Positions 47,702 through 61,200 of a stretch of DNA of 64,000 nucleotides are shown here, one piece after another. A program made the translations under genes and the position numbers. The stretch's first letter is position 1. The number at the start of each line of letters is the position of its first letter. Origin of the DNA: Basidiobolus meristosporus CBS 931.73 (taxonomy: Eukaryota > Fungi > Basidiobolomycota); assembly GCA_002104905.1 (NCBI GenBank), contig MCFE01000433.1:11871-75870 (forward strand), given 5' to 3'. The notes under the pieces are model-generated. The model saw only the letters and a program-made list of their open reading frames with translations. It was not told where the DNA came from and ran no database searches.

Positions 47702-50700
47702 AGACTTGTTCCATTGAATAGTGCCACATAGTTCCAGCCTATTTATAGTGCTGGATCAATCTGGCACCCTACAGCACTATCTGGCAATATAATTTCTACC
47801 ATGATGCCAGTGGTATGATACAGTTACTGGTAATTTTACTCAATCTTACTTATATTACTCAGAATAGTGCTTTCCTTGCTTTATTTACTTCTCATAATGC
47901 TCCAGACACATTTCTCTCAGTGGATGTGTTCTTGTATGAACATACTGTGCATTAATAAGTATCTTAACTATTTTACCTATTCCGCTGTGTTCTCTTATAT
48001 ATGACTTTACTCTTTATTTACCTGTTAATATGCTGAATCTCTTCAGATATTGAAATGTGTGCTCTACCCTCACTCTGAAATGATTAAATATCTCATTGTA
48101 GAGCTTCTGCTTCCTGCTAAGCACACCATTCCTTGGCTTCCTATAAGCTGTAATACATCCTAATCTGTGACAATCCTCTTCTATATAGGCCAAGTCTGCC
48201 ATACATTTCTCCCCTCTACTGAATTCAGGAAGATTCTCTACTCAGAGTACTTTGTCATGCCTACTTCCAGAAAATGGCCCACTAAACCAGATGATGTTAC
48301 CCTCAATGTCAGACAGTGCTTGAAACCTCACACAGTGTGCCTTGTACTTGCCAAAATAAAAGTGCCTCTGCCCTCTAGAAGGTCAGTTAATCCTCACTGG
48401 GAAGGTATCCAAAATACTCCTGATATGGAACCTGTTGCTGAACACTCTGGGATATGGAAGTCTATTGGAGCTTCTGAACCTAGTATTCCAAGCTTGCTCT
48501 AAGTCATTCATACCCTCTGCAAGGTGGTTCTCCATTGCTGTTAGCTGGGAATAGAAGCTTCTAGGACTTTTGTTGCCATGGATGGTGGGATGAAACCTTG
48601 TAGGGCAATAGTTCTTGTAATAGCAGAGAAGCTTAACAAGGGATCTCCTTGAGTAGAATGGGGTAGATGGTCCACAGTACTTGGAATACATCTCCTCTAG
48701 TGCGTCAAAATGAAATCCAGTGGTAGTGATGGGATTGATGAGAAAAGACCATTCAGATGAGTAAGTCATATTAAAATTGGTGGATGATTGTATGGAGTTG
48801 GCATGAGTTGATTCAGCACAATCTGCATTATTTATCTGATTTTTAATGCATTATGATTAAACCTCCATCAATTGCCATGTATCCCATCATTATGTTGCAA
48901 AAATCATCCGCAAACAATGCCTTAGTACTTTTAGTGACGCTTTACTCATAGGTCTATAATCAAATAGGAAGTCTGCAATTGATGTGACCTAATCCGTGTC
49001 AATGCAATCCAAGATGCATCATGCATAATATATGGAAAATTCAACAGTCACATTAGTTTTCATATATATTTCATATAAGACCAGGTTGATGCCAATATAC
49101 TGCTGTATAAGTATCCAAATCTGTTGCTATGGTCCCCATACCAAGTCTGAGCTCATCTTTAGTACAACCCAGACAAAACCCATCCCCCAGCTCACAAGCT
49201 TGGTCTGGACCGGAAAGGTTGATGTTGGATCTGTTTGAGTTCTTGCCAAATGATTTTAGTATGGCCTGAGTATCAACAATGAGCCTTCATACAGATATTT
49301 GGGCACTACTGATTAATCTAGCAGAACTAGATACCTCAGAGAGCCAAGAAAGATGGAAGAACTTGAGTAGAAAGCTGTGGCATGAGTTCTACATCAAGAT
49401 GCCATCCAATGTATGTAAGAAGATATATAACAAGACAAGTATTGAAATCAAGAATGAGCTGAGAGTGAGGGGATTTGATGAAGAAGCTGCATGGGAACAA
49501 TTTTGCGCGCAATATGCACAGTATGGGCTGGATGTGTCCATTTGTGCCTTAACTTTGGGAACCAAAGATATTTTGAATGAGTTTTTGCCTCAAATGACTA
49601 ATGTACTATGTGATATATTAGTAGAGCTAAGTGGCTTCCAAGAGCAATATACACAGGACTCATCCAGGCAACAGTTGCAAAGTAGTAGACAGAGAGTAAG
49701 TGAATACCTTGAGGAATCAGATGGTGAGCTTCAGGAGGAAGAATACAGACTGTGAGTAACATTGTCCAGATTGCGCCAGCATGCCTTGCTGAATTCCTTA
49801 CCATCTATTGCAACCATAGCGTGCCAGTGCACATCAGTCAGACTATGCCAACAACCTTTTAGCAGAACACCCTGCATCAAGTCAATATGCATTGGGTCAA
49901 CACGCACGCTTCAGAGCAAAGCTACCAGAACTTGCCAAACTGCTCATTTAGACACAAGTCCATTGGAGCGGACCAAGTCACGTCAACATGCAGCATCACA
50001 TTGAACTCAGCCAAGGGCCATCTCAACGTGTCAAGTTGTGCCTGTGCATGCCATTTTGCCTGACCATCAGCAAGTTACTTCTGGTGAACTGACTGATGAT
50101 GACCAACATGAAGTGCCTCAACCACCAGAGCCCTTGGCAAGTAAAAGAATGCATCAGCATGTGGCACTCCAGGCTGGTTCAGTTGGTTCAGTCAAAGCAA
50201 TTTAGTGTGGCCAAGCTGCAACATTGCAATCATCAACTAGGAGGCAAAATACTGACTACAAATACACAAGTAGCCAAGATGATAGTCAGCCAGGAAGTAG
50301 TGTAGGTGTGCAAAATGAGTCACTACCAAATGCTTCAGTAGTAATCCCTGTGAGAAAAAAACCCAGGAGAAGATGATGCAATTGCTTTGAATTACTATTA
50401 TTTGTAATGATCCCAACCCATTTTTTTGCAATCCAAATCAAGCCATTGCAATTCAGTGATCATCAAATATTTGATTTAAGTAATATCAAGTTTGTCTCAC
50501 ATTTGAGACAGAACCCCTATAACTAAACACCCTGCATATATATACATCATATGTAATACCAGTGCAGCTACTGGATCTGTTTGGCACCTACCCAATCACC
50601 AGCATGCTAGCTATGACACCTTGTACAATCACTAGGATCAGGGATTTACTTGCTCAATGGGCAAAATGAGATATTTGATGGCAAATCAGGTAGCTTGTTT

Positions 50701-51115
50701 AGTAGGCAATGAGCCAATTGGGGGCTGCCAGTCTCAAGATACTTTTGGACCAATTAACCACTGAGATATAGTCCAATTGGAGTGATGGTAACTAAAATGG
50801 TAGGTATCAGTGTAGCTTATAGTATGATACACATTTATTTCCATTTAGATTAAAGAAACATATTGAAATACCGGATTTTACCTGCCATAATAGCGGTATC
50901 CAATTGCGCACGTGATGCAAACATTATAAGTTGGTGCAATCATCCATGCCAACCCCATTGTGTCAGATTGTGCCATAGTGTCCAAGATTGTCTCACATTG
51001 TGCAAAATTGTTCAAGAACAATCCTGCCTACTGGTAGCTATAATATTGCCCCCAATTGTTCTTTACAACCGTGGATTGTGCCACATGCCCTGGCACAGTA
51101 TGATAGAACAAGTCT
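47702..51115 (-). mobile_element. PIF/Harbinger-superfamily element copy 2, full length, both ORFs disrupted, TSD ATT
   Basis: AGACTTGTTCC at 47702 and GAACAAGTCT ending at 51115, with ATT on both sides. Frameshifted transposase (~47883-48769) and ORF2 with stops (~49128-50374). Confidence 0.93.
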
Positions 51116-52617
51116 ATTTTCCACTTCCCTATTTCTCTGCTACACTAGTTTTAGTTTTATCCCACTTGTTGTACTTGATTAATACTATCCCTTATACTGG
51201 CTGACTATTGCACATGCTTACCTTATTGCATAAATTATCCCTCACTTTATGTAAGGTTACTTGGTGTAAGTGCTTCTATATTAGGCAAGTACCTGTGCCA
51301 GTACCTGTGACACATGATCCAACTGTGTCAGGGAGGCAAAGGAACCTGTAGTAGAGGTTCTGTCAAAGGGAAACAATGCAGAAGTGAGTGAAGAAGTACA
51401 GGATGAATCCTGGGCTGAAGTATTGAACAGAACTAGGAATACTAATATGTCCTCCCACAGTCTATCCCCCATAGTGAAGGTACTAGAGCAAACCAAGGCA
51501 ACCCTCCCAACACCAATTTACTGGGACTTGCCCCAGCTGCAGTCAAAGAATTGTTGGAGGGATTGAAGGAGATAACAATCCTTCATGTCAACCAGTTGGT
51601 CCTACAAAAGCCAAGTAAGGGTACATATGTAAAGCTATGTATAGAGAATAAGGAAATTCTTGCCTCTTTGACACAGGATCCTTTACATTAATCATGTCAG
51701 AGTCATTAGCAAAATGTCTAAAATTAGACATAGTCCCCAATGGCACCATTCAAGTACAGCTAGCAAATTAACAGGTGAAACAACCACAGTCACCAATCTT
51801 CACTCAAAAGGTGATAAAAATACCATCTGCCAGCAAGATGGTGATCTCATTAGATACACCAACAGCATATTTGACAATGGGAGTAATGATAACTGCAACA
51901 AAGGTATTCCATCATCTGGAAGGAATCTTTATCCCTAAATATGGATTCCATCAAAATTCAAAGCGCAAAATGTGAAATTCTTAGTGGTCAACAACTGACA
52001 ACATATGGCGGTACTGGCTTTTGGAGTGATGTTGTTAAGCAAAGAGGAAGTTGACAGAAACAACCAAGGACAACCTACAATCAAGGAGCCAGAAGAGGGG
52101 CTCCCCAAACTGGATGTGGGCCCCAGTCTATCACCTATGCAACAAGACAAGCTCTTACAAGAAATGTACCCTCTTGCTTAAGTATTCTCTAAGAACCAGG
52201 TAATTGGCCATATGCCTGGGGAATATCATTAAATCCACCTTGCCAACAAATATCCCATCAAGCAAAAAGCCTATTAGAGCTCAAAAATTAACACAATATG
52301 TCAGAAAGACAATTGAAACTTTATTAAAGGACAACATCATTGCAGCAAGCCACTCTCCATGGGCCTCCCCCATAGTGATAGTCCCAAAGAAGGACAGAAA
52401 GCAATATTTTTGCACTGACTAACAACAATTGAATGCTGTCACCAAAAGGATGTGTATCCACTACTTGAAGTAGACAACCTGTTGGACAGATTAGTCAGAG
52501 CTAAATATTTTAGCTCTCTTGAATTAATCCTTGGGTATTGGCAAGTAGAAGTAGCCCCAGAAGATTGACCCAAAGCCACTTTTATAACATTGTTTGGATG
52601 ATACAAATGAAGACAAC

Positions 52618-53123
52618 TGTCATGATCACATGACAACCATGAACACCCATGCCAAGTTTCAGCATCCTAGCTCAGTTTCTAAGAGATTCCTTCTGGAACA
52701 TTCTACCACCTTCCAGAAAGTTCCTGACCATTCCAAACCATTGTTACACAATGGAACATTCCATGGAAGCTTTCCATCGTATTTTTCATAGTCCAGTACC
52801 ATATATAGAAATACCAGGTCACATGACTTAGTCACATGATCAGGTGACCCAATCCATTTCCCCATTCTGTCTCAGTGCCGTGTCATCTATGTCATTATTC
52901 CCAGCACCATTGCTGTGCCTCACCCCACAACCCCATTAGTATTAGCTAATATCTCTCAGCATCCGTATAGCCAAAAAGTATTTATAGTCCTATCCCCCCT
53001 TAAGTATTCCTCAGTCTGATAAACACAGGTCTTGAATAAACAGCCTTGCCTTGGAAATCCGCCTTGCCTTGTTGATCCACACCTAAGTCCTTTCCTGGTC
53101 CTGCCTTGTGTCTGTTCATAACA
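52618..53123 (+). repeat. Solo LTR, 506 bp, TGTCA...TAACA, 5-bp TSD ACAAC, inserted in gypsy RT
   Basis: ACAAC at 52613-17 and 53124-28. Removal joins the RT sequence to PFGLCNAPATFQ. Confidence 0.9.
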
Positions 53124-56100
53124 ACAACTGCCCTTTGGCTTGTGCAATGCCCCTGCAACATTCCAAGCATGATTGATAAGGTACTAGGGAATTTTCAATA
53201 GGAATGCACTCTTGTGTATCTAGATACCATCACACTGTATTCCCAGAAGTAGAAGAACATATACACAACATGCAATGTATACTGACAGCCCTCCTTGACA
53301 ACCAGCTCAAACTACATCCCAAGAAGTGCCATTTTTTGTATACAAATTGTTGTTGCTAGGCCACAAGATCTTCATACACAGTATGTACCCATCTACTTCA
53401 GTACTGAAGGCTGTTCAAGGTACACTCACACCAAAGGATATCAATGCAGTGTCTGGGCTCCTAAGATTAGCCAATTACTATTACTGCTTTGTCAGAAACT
53501 TTGAGACAATAGCAGCCCCCTTGTTCATATTAACATGGAAAGGCCAGTGTTTTGTGTGGTTGGAGCCTCAAAAGGAGGCATTTAATCAGCTGAAACATTC
53601 CTTAATGTCACCCCCAAGGTTATGTTTTCCCAACTGGGATGTACAAATTTTTATTAGCTGTGATGCAAGCCTCACCAGTAAAGTCACTGCACTGGGACAA
53701 TACCACCAGCCTGGCATATTCTACCCAATTGGTTATGTGGGCCATTTGCTAAACAAACACAAATGCAACTACACCATCATCAAGATGGAATGTCTGGTTG
53801 CTGTTTATTCTATTAAAAGATTTCACACTTGCATACATGGTTGCTGATTCACAATAGTAACAGACCACAGTGCATTGGTCTGGCTGATGAAAGCTAAAGA
53901 CTTCACTGGTCAACTAGCTCATTGGGCCCTTTGACTAGAGCAATACAACCTTGAAATGATTCACCATGCTGGCAAGAAACACCAGGACGCAGACTTCCTC
54001 AGTTGCTATCCTGCTTGTCACATACATGTCAATCATAATTACAAGGACATAATATGCTTTAAAATGAAGGGGAAGTATCCTAAATACATTGTTACAAACA
54101 AACTGAAGTGAGAATTTTGAAGGAAATGTTTTCATTACAAAGAACAAGAAAGTCAACCATGGTTCCTACATGGACTGTTCAGAGCTAAGGTACTCCCACT
54201 AGCTGCATGCAAAGAAACCATACCAGAAAGACATATGTTGCTAGAGCACAATAACTCCTTAACAACATATAAGATGTTAAGAAAGACACTTTATTCAAAA
54301 AAAAATGAACACTGATCTTACAAATATGCTATGAAGATGAATCACTTGCAAAAGATTCAACCAGAGTTAGAAGATAGGGACAACTGCACCAACACTGGTT
54401 GATCTACCCTTCCACCAAGTTGGGATTGACTTTTTTGGCCCTTTAATATAACAAAGAAAGGAAAATAATACATAATAATTGTTACTGATTATTTCACAAA
54501 ATGGATAGAAGTCCAAGCGGTCCAAAATAAAGATCAGAAGATAACCACCCAATTCATTCTAGAGCACCTCATCTGGCTGCACAGATATTCCCAGATACTC
54601 CTGTCTGACAATGGTGGTTCCTTCTTGAACAACACCATGGCCCACTTGTACATAATGATGAATGTGAAACAGGTCTTCACAGCTGCTTATCATCCCCAGA
54701 CTAACTGATTAACCAAGAGGATGAGCCAGACATGTTGCCCCATACTATAGAACACTCACAGGAAACTTCCCCAATCATGGGCCAAGCTGCTCCCACTGAC
54801 ACTCCTAGCAATACATACCATACCAAATAAAACAACAGGTTTCTCCCTGTATGAAGTCATATATGGGCAAAACCCAAGTAGTGCAAAGAAGCTGGATTGA
54901 CAATGGAAGGGGTCCCCCTGACAACCCATAGCAACTTTATAGAAAGATTGATCACTGTATTGCCCACCTACACATAAAGGTTTTCAAAAATGCTGACAAA
55001 CACCCTTCTCTGCTACCTAAAAATAGAAACTAACCAGATAAAAATGGAAACCAGGCAATAAGATGTGGTACAATCAAACCATTGCAGGCCTCAAATTTTG
55101 CCCATAATTTACACCTCAATGGATTGGCCCTTGCATCATTATCAGCTTGGACCACAGACCAAAGCACACCATCACCCTGGACAACAAAACAATCAGCCAC
55201 ATAGCACCGTCCCATCTGAAGCTGTTTCATGATAATCCACCAACCATCACCAAGACCAAAGTGTGGTTGAACAATGATCAAGACAAGGATAGAGAAAGAC
55301 ACAGTATACATACAAGAGATTTTAGTCAATATAGGTACAAATGATATGCACAAGGAAGTTTGCCTAAAAGGGAGTACAAAAGAATGCATATGGAAAGCGC
55401 CAAAGGAAACAGTTCAACCAAAAACTGGCACTACTCCCGCCACCTGCAAGAATCAGGACAATATCAAAAACAAGACCAACCTGCAATTGTTGAGAGATAT
55501 GGTACAAGCACTAAATGCAACAAGAGCCACCTATGAATAGATGTTTGCCACAGTAGTCATGCTAATACAAGACACAATCAGAGAAGGACAAGACAAGTAA
55601 CCCACACAAATACAAAGTATGAAGATACTACCAAAAAAGACAGTATAGCATCTGAGAGGAGGTTCCTTGATCTATAAGGAGAGGGATGCAGCATTGATTC
55701 CTATTTCAATACTCAACACAGTCAGATATAAGATGCACAGAAACAGCTGTTGCACCATCACATGGCCTCAAGAGCCCCCCTGTTTTGTTGCATGCCTACC
55801 ATTGATTGGTACTACAATTGTTGAGGTATATGCTGACCTGGTACAAGCTGCAAGAGCTCCAGAAGTAGAACTCCCAATCAAAGGACTCCTCTGAAAATCT
55901 GCAAATATCTCAAATTGCATTTCCAAGAAGGAACTATCATGGAGAAAATACATGAACAAAGTAAATACACCAGCCTGATGACCCACACAATCCACCAAGT
56001 TGCTGTGTTACCACTATTACTGTGGTTCACTATATGATCACTCAGGAGCCAGTACAAAGTCCAACTGCAAGAAACCAAAGATATTGCTGCAGACTCTGTA

Positions 56101-56349
56101 GAAACCATGAGGCAAGTGCAAAAACACCTCAGTTAGACCGCAGTCTCCATAGAAGAACTACAATATGTCTCAGAAGAAGCAAAAACCTGTTATTGACAAT
56201 AGATGACTGCCAACTGAGTGTATGCCCTCTTCAAACAAGCCCCTGCCATCATCCAGAATACAGTAAGGACAAGACCCAACAATATCTGTAAGATAAAGAA
56301 GCAAGACTTTATTGCAATATTGCATCTCTTCTTGTTCACCAATACCCCA

Positions 56350-58490
56350 AGGATCCTTATCACCAATCTTTGCAATAAGTCCTTACAATATTCAGGGGCA
56401 TTCTCTTGAGCACTGCTCTTGAAGAGGTGCTGCAACCTCTTGGAGTGCCTATTAATGTTCCAAAATCCCACCAAAGGCATTGTGATGACCTTTTGAGTTC
56501 TTGATGTTGCTACTATGTCTGTCAGTGGGATCTCTACTCTGTCCACAATGGAGGACATGGAGGCTGTGATAAACAAGTTGCCTTTCTCTGCAAACGCATC
56601 TACCTCACTGGAGTGTGGCTCAACTGGCTGTACTTCCAACTCTGGTGAAAATGGGTTCTTTCTTGTTGGTAATTCTTCTTGGCTATGATGGGACTCAGTC
56701 TGTTCAGGGCTGATGGCACTAACTGGTAAGAACTGCATCTTTTTTCTTATGCTTCCCTGTCTCCAGCTTGGGTAGACTTTTTCCCCTTTACCTTCTCCTT
56801 TATCACTGCCTGGTCTTTCACTTCTACTTTGTATGAGTGCTTCTTGTATTGATCTATATTTTCTCCATGATAAATGCTGCTCTGATGCATCTATTTTGGC
56901 CTGCTTGACCCTTGTTGGCACTATGCGGGCAACCAGACAATTCTTTCCTGCTTGTTTTGAGCTCCCAGCTAATACTGTGACTGGCTCCTGAGGTAGGCAC
57001 TTGTTTTTATCACTGCCAGGTCCTTCACTGCTACTTTCACTGAGTGCTTCTTTAATAGAACTACGCTTTTTCCTTGATAAATGTTGTGATGGTGCCACTG
57101 TGTCTGCCTGCTTTTCCTTTTATTGGCATTCTTCCAGCTACCCAATGCCTTTTTGATGCTTGTTTGGAGCTTTTGGCCATGCTTGTAATTGGCTCTTGAG
57201 GAAGCCACTGGTTTCAGCCATGGCACCCTTGTTCTTCTACCTTTGATAGTTTCTGCTATTCTAGAGATACTTTCTTTGCATACCAATGCTGGCCTAAAAT
57301 TCATTTGCTTGCTTGAATCCAGTATAATGCTCATGTAATAAGTCAAGCACATTCTGCTTGGCCTTAAGTTCCTGATGGTCCCATGGTATGCCAGCCTTTA
57401 GATGTTGGTGTACTAGCCTTCTAATGGCCACCTGAATATTAGCCCACTTTTTATCAATGCACTCAAAGCCTTCATGGTTCTTCAATGTCTTTTGATTCTT
57501 AGGCTTTGGTATAAACACTACATTTTTTCTCTCAGATGCTGCGGCAGCTTTTTCTGTGAGCTTAATCTTTGGGCAATGTTGTTGTGCTTCCAAAATTCTA
57601 TGGTGTTCCTCTACTGTTACATTAGGGAATGGCTCAACTCTTGGCTGTGATATTAAGCAACTTAAGTTCCTTCTTTGCAGCAAAGATACTAGACTTGTTC
57701 CGTTGGATAGTGCCACATTGAGCCATGAGTGCCAAATGATGCCATAGTGTGCCAGAGAGGTAAAGTGAGCTTCTACCTGGCCACAGAGTGTGAAACATAG
57801 CTCCGCATCTTCATGCAAAGCAGCCCCTGTGTTTCACCCGTTGCGCAGGAGAAAATCCATTTTTTGACCTTTTTTTGTGGATCAATGCAGCTCAGGATGT
57901 GTAAGAGCACAGGAGAACTGAAGATATGCATCTGGTACTCAATGCCCATGGCACTCTGAATCTAGCTCCTGTAGCTTGTATCATGTCACAAAAATGAATG
58001 GCACTATCTTGGTCCACTGGTACTATCTGGCACTATATTTAAATATTAGCCCTAAAGTAAGATCTATACAAAGCACTTATAGTGCCAGATAGTACCAGTG
58101 GACCAAGATAGTGCCATTCATTTTTGTGACATGATGCAAGCTACAGGAGCTAGATTCAGAGTGCCATGGGTATTGAGTACCAGATGCATATCTTCAATCT
58201 GCTTGTGCTCTAACACATCCTGCACAAAATTGATCCAAAAAAAAAGGTCAAAAAATGGATTTTCTCCAGCACAATGGGTGAAACACAGGGGCTGCTTTGC
58301 ATGAAGATGCGGAGCTATGTTTCACACTCTGTGGCCCGGTAGAGGCTCACATGGCCTCTCTGGCACACTATGGCATCATTTGGCACTCATGGCTCAATGT
58401 GGCACTATCCAACGGAACAAGTCTACTGCTTTCTCTACCTGGAATATTGATTGCACTACACCTTTGATCTGCTAATCCTGTTTCTGAACT
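56350..58490 (-). mobile_element. CACTA-type element copy C (ORF2 region), interrupted by MITE-2 and cut by copy D
   Basis: Aligns to 33270-34170 and 26380-27770; KWANIQVAIRRLVHQHL...WDHQELKAKQNVLDLL. Confidence 0.75.
57691..58424. mobile_element. Foldback MITE-2, 734 bp, 347-bp arms and 40-bp spacer, TSD ACT
   Basis: Arms 57691-58037 and 58078-58424, with ACT on both sides. The empty site AAAGAAACTGCTTTCTCTACC is present in copy A near 27695. Confidence 0.95.
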
Positions 58491-61200
58491 CCCTATGAAA
58501 AATAATTTGGTCCTGTGGGTGGATCCAATCCGGATCATCCATCAAGTTCCCGTTTGGAGACCGTCATAATAGCAGCGGCTTGGAATTAGTGACCCTCCTG
58601 ACAATCTTATAACAAGATCATGACGGTGTTTTGCGAATTTTTCAGCCAAATAAAGGGATAAAACTTGACAATTTTTGATCAGTGCTGTGACAATATTTGC
58701 ATGTTATTGTTGCGGTCTTTCAGCGCTCTATTACTATTTTAAGTGGATCTAGTTGGCCAGGACTTCCAATTGCCTTATATGGCAAGAAACTTGATGGTAT
58801 TTTGATGGCCTCACAGCAAGACTCTGATGGCTTTTTTTACAGCAGTATGACGGCCTGCCGCTGTTATGTATAATGCTACCATACCAATTTACCAAATGGT
58901 ATTTCCCTTTTCTACCTCTGTTGTGCAATTCATATATTCCACTGTAGAATCACCTTTCTTTATTTGCTTACCCACTACTACCTTGGGTATTCCACATATA
59001 GCTCAAATCAAAAAAAACTATGGCCTCCTGCTTACTAATATCTACAAATGTGCACACCTGCCACAATTGACATACTTCTATCACCTCAACTTTACAGCTT
59101 TTTAGTGTGATACTTGCAAAGTTGCCATATACCTTGTACTGCTGGTAGCATATACATCTTGCAAACATATGCTTGGTTGTTGCCACTTCTGCCATGAATA
59201 CCTCCTGAATATTGGCAAAGTACTTCTTGGTATTTAGCCAATATATTCCTTCTCCCTGCTGGATTCTAGTCCCCCTTATAGATGCGCTCTGGCTTTTGTT
59301 TGTGTGAATTCCATATTGAATGGTGTAGAAGTTGGCTTGTGACCACAAGAAATCTGGCATATATTGGTGGAGTTTTCCTGATAAAAATTAGTTGCTTGTT
59401 GCACCCAACCCAACTTTGCATTACTTAACTGATTATCCACGCATTGGGGCTGCTTAGCTTCTTAATGCCATAGGCATAGGTGTCTCCATGTGCACATTTG
59501 TCCTCAGTATTTTCCAATTCTTTCTGGCTGTCCTCCATGTGCCAACTCATCACATGCATGATGGACTTGAAGGTACTATTCTTGATGAGATTGGGATATG
59601 GTAATACCTGCAACTTGACTTGTCTTCCTATCCCCCCACACATCCACTCCATAGGAAACTCCCAAAAGGTGAAGCAAGGCCCAATATTCTCCATACACCA
59701 TGCAAGATGGAGTAGAGAATGGATACAGTAGTGGCAGAGATCTACACGTTCAGTTTTATGTTTGTAGTATAGCGACTCAAATCCCGTCATAAACTCCTTG
59801 CACAACAGTTGTAGATGTGTCAAGTTGGCATTGGTGATCCGCTTCTGGATAAATATTCCTACAATGTCCACATATGACTCCCAATGCTTCCAATGTACTC
59901 TTGGTAGGAATGGCTACAGAACACCACTTGAATAAATACACATCCAGTTCATCCAGTATTTGCATTTGTATTGTCACATATGCATATGAATATTAATTGG
60001 AGCCCATGAGAAGTACTTAGGGTAGCAGATACTCTGTAATATCTTGCCAATTTTTTCAAATTTCTCCGGTATCTTGAAGGGCTCATTAGCTTGAAATGCC
60101 CCATGTACAACTTGGTCATCAGTATAGGGATATTGTTGAAAAGCAAATGCATTGCTCCCAGTGGAAAGCTTTTGCTCCAACAGATACCCTCTATCTTAAG
60201 TATCTCCAGTTTCTGGTTGATTCCATATTCTGGCCAATGGCTTATAGCTTGCCTACTTTGCTGCAATTGCATGCTTACTTCTGTACATTCTCTCTGTGGA
60301 AAGATGATGTTCTTGTTGCTGGTGTTTGGGTAATAATAATGTGTGTGAGTTATGGAGTAAATCCCCTGGATCTCACACATTTGACAGCAATACCGTCCAT
60401 TGTGCCTGGAAAAACCTGCCATCTTGCTGATGGCTGGGGTATCTCCAATGCAGATAATAGACTTGTTCCATCGTACCGTGCCAGGGCGTGCGGCGCAATC
60501 TGCGGTTGCAACATACAATTGGGCGCAATATTATAGCTACCAGAAGGCAGGATTGTTCTTGGACGATTTTGCACCATGCGGGACGATCTTGCACACTATG
60601 GCACAATCTGACACGATGAGGTTGGCGCGGATGATCGCGCCAACTCGTAATGCTTGCATCACGTGCGCAATTGGATACCGCTATAATGGCAGGTAAAATC
60701 CGGTATTTGGATATGTTTCTTTAATGTAAATGGAAATAAATGTGTATCACACTATAAACTACCCTGATACTTACCATTTTGGTTACCCTCACTCCAATTG
60801 GATGGTATCTCAGTGGTTAATTGGTCCAGGAGTATCCTGAAGCTGGCAGCCCCCAATTGGCTCATTGACTACTGAAAAAGCTACCTGATTTGCCATCAAA
60901 TATCCCATTTTGCCCATTGAGCAAGTAAATCCCTGATCCTGGTGATTGGGCAAGGTGTCATAGCTAGCACGCAAGCAATCGTGTAGGTGCAAAACAGATC
61001 CAATAGCTGCACGGGTATTACAGATGACGTATATATATGCAAGGTGTTTATTTATAGGGGTTCTGTCTCAAATGTGAGACAACCTTGATATTACTTATAT
61101 CAAAAATTTGATGATCACTGATTTGCAATGGCTCGATTTGGATTGCAAAAAAAAGGGTTGTCGGGATCATTATGAATGTGAGCGATTCAAAGCAATCGCA

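Larger units (their letters stand above)
47240..56350 (+). mobile_element. Degraded Ty3/gypsy element (gag, protease, RT, RNase H, integrase), interrupted by Harbinger copy 2 and a solo LTR; boundaries approximate
   Basis: YRGKREKALEWFDKLERV...GW (gag); DTGS; SPWASPIVIVPKK; PFGLCNAPATFQ; CDAS...GQ; DYFTKWIEV; YHPQTN; WIGPC.I...HLKLF. Confidence 0.85.

Noticed and set aside
59949-60518. ORF reading from the Harbinger right end in frame into Tnp2 (possible fusion or rescue)
   Set aside because: It starts at TTG rather than ATG, and Tnp2 frameshifts downstream. No evidence of function.
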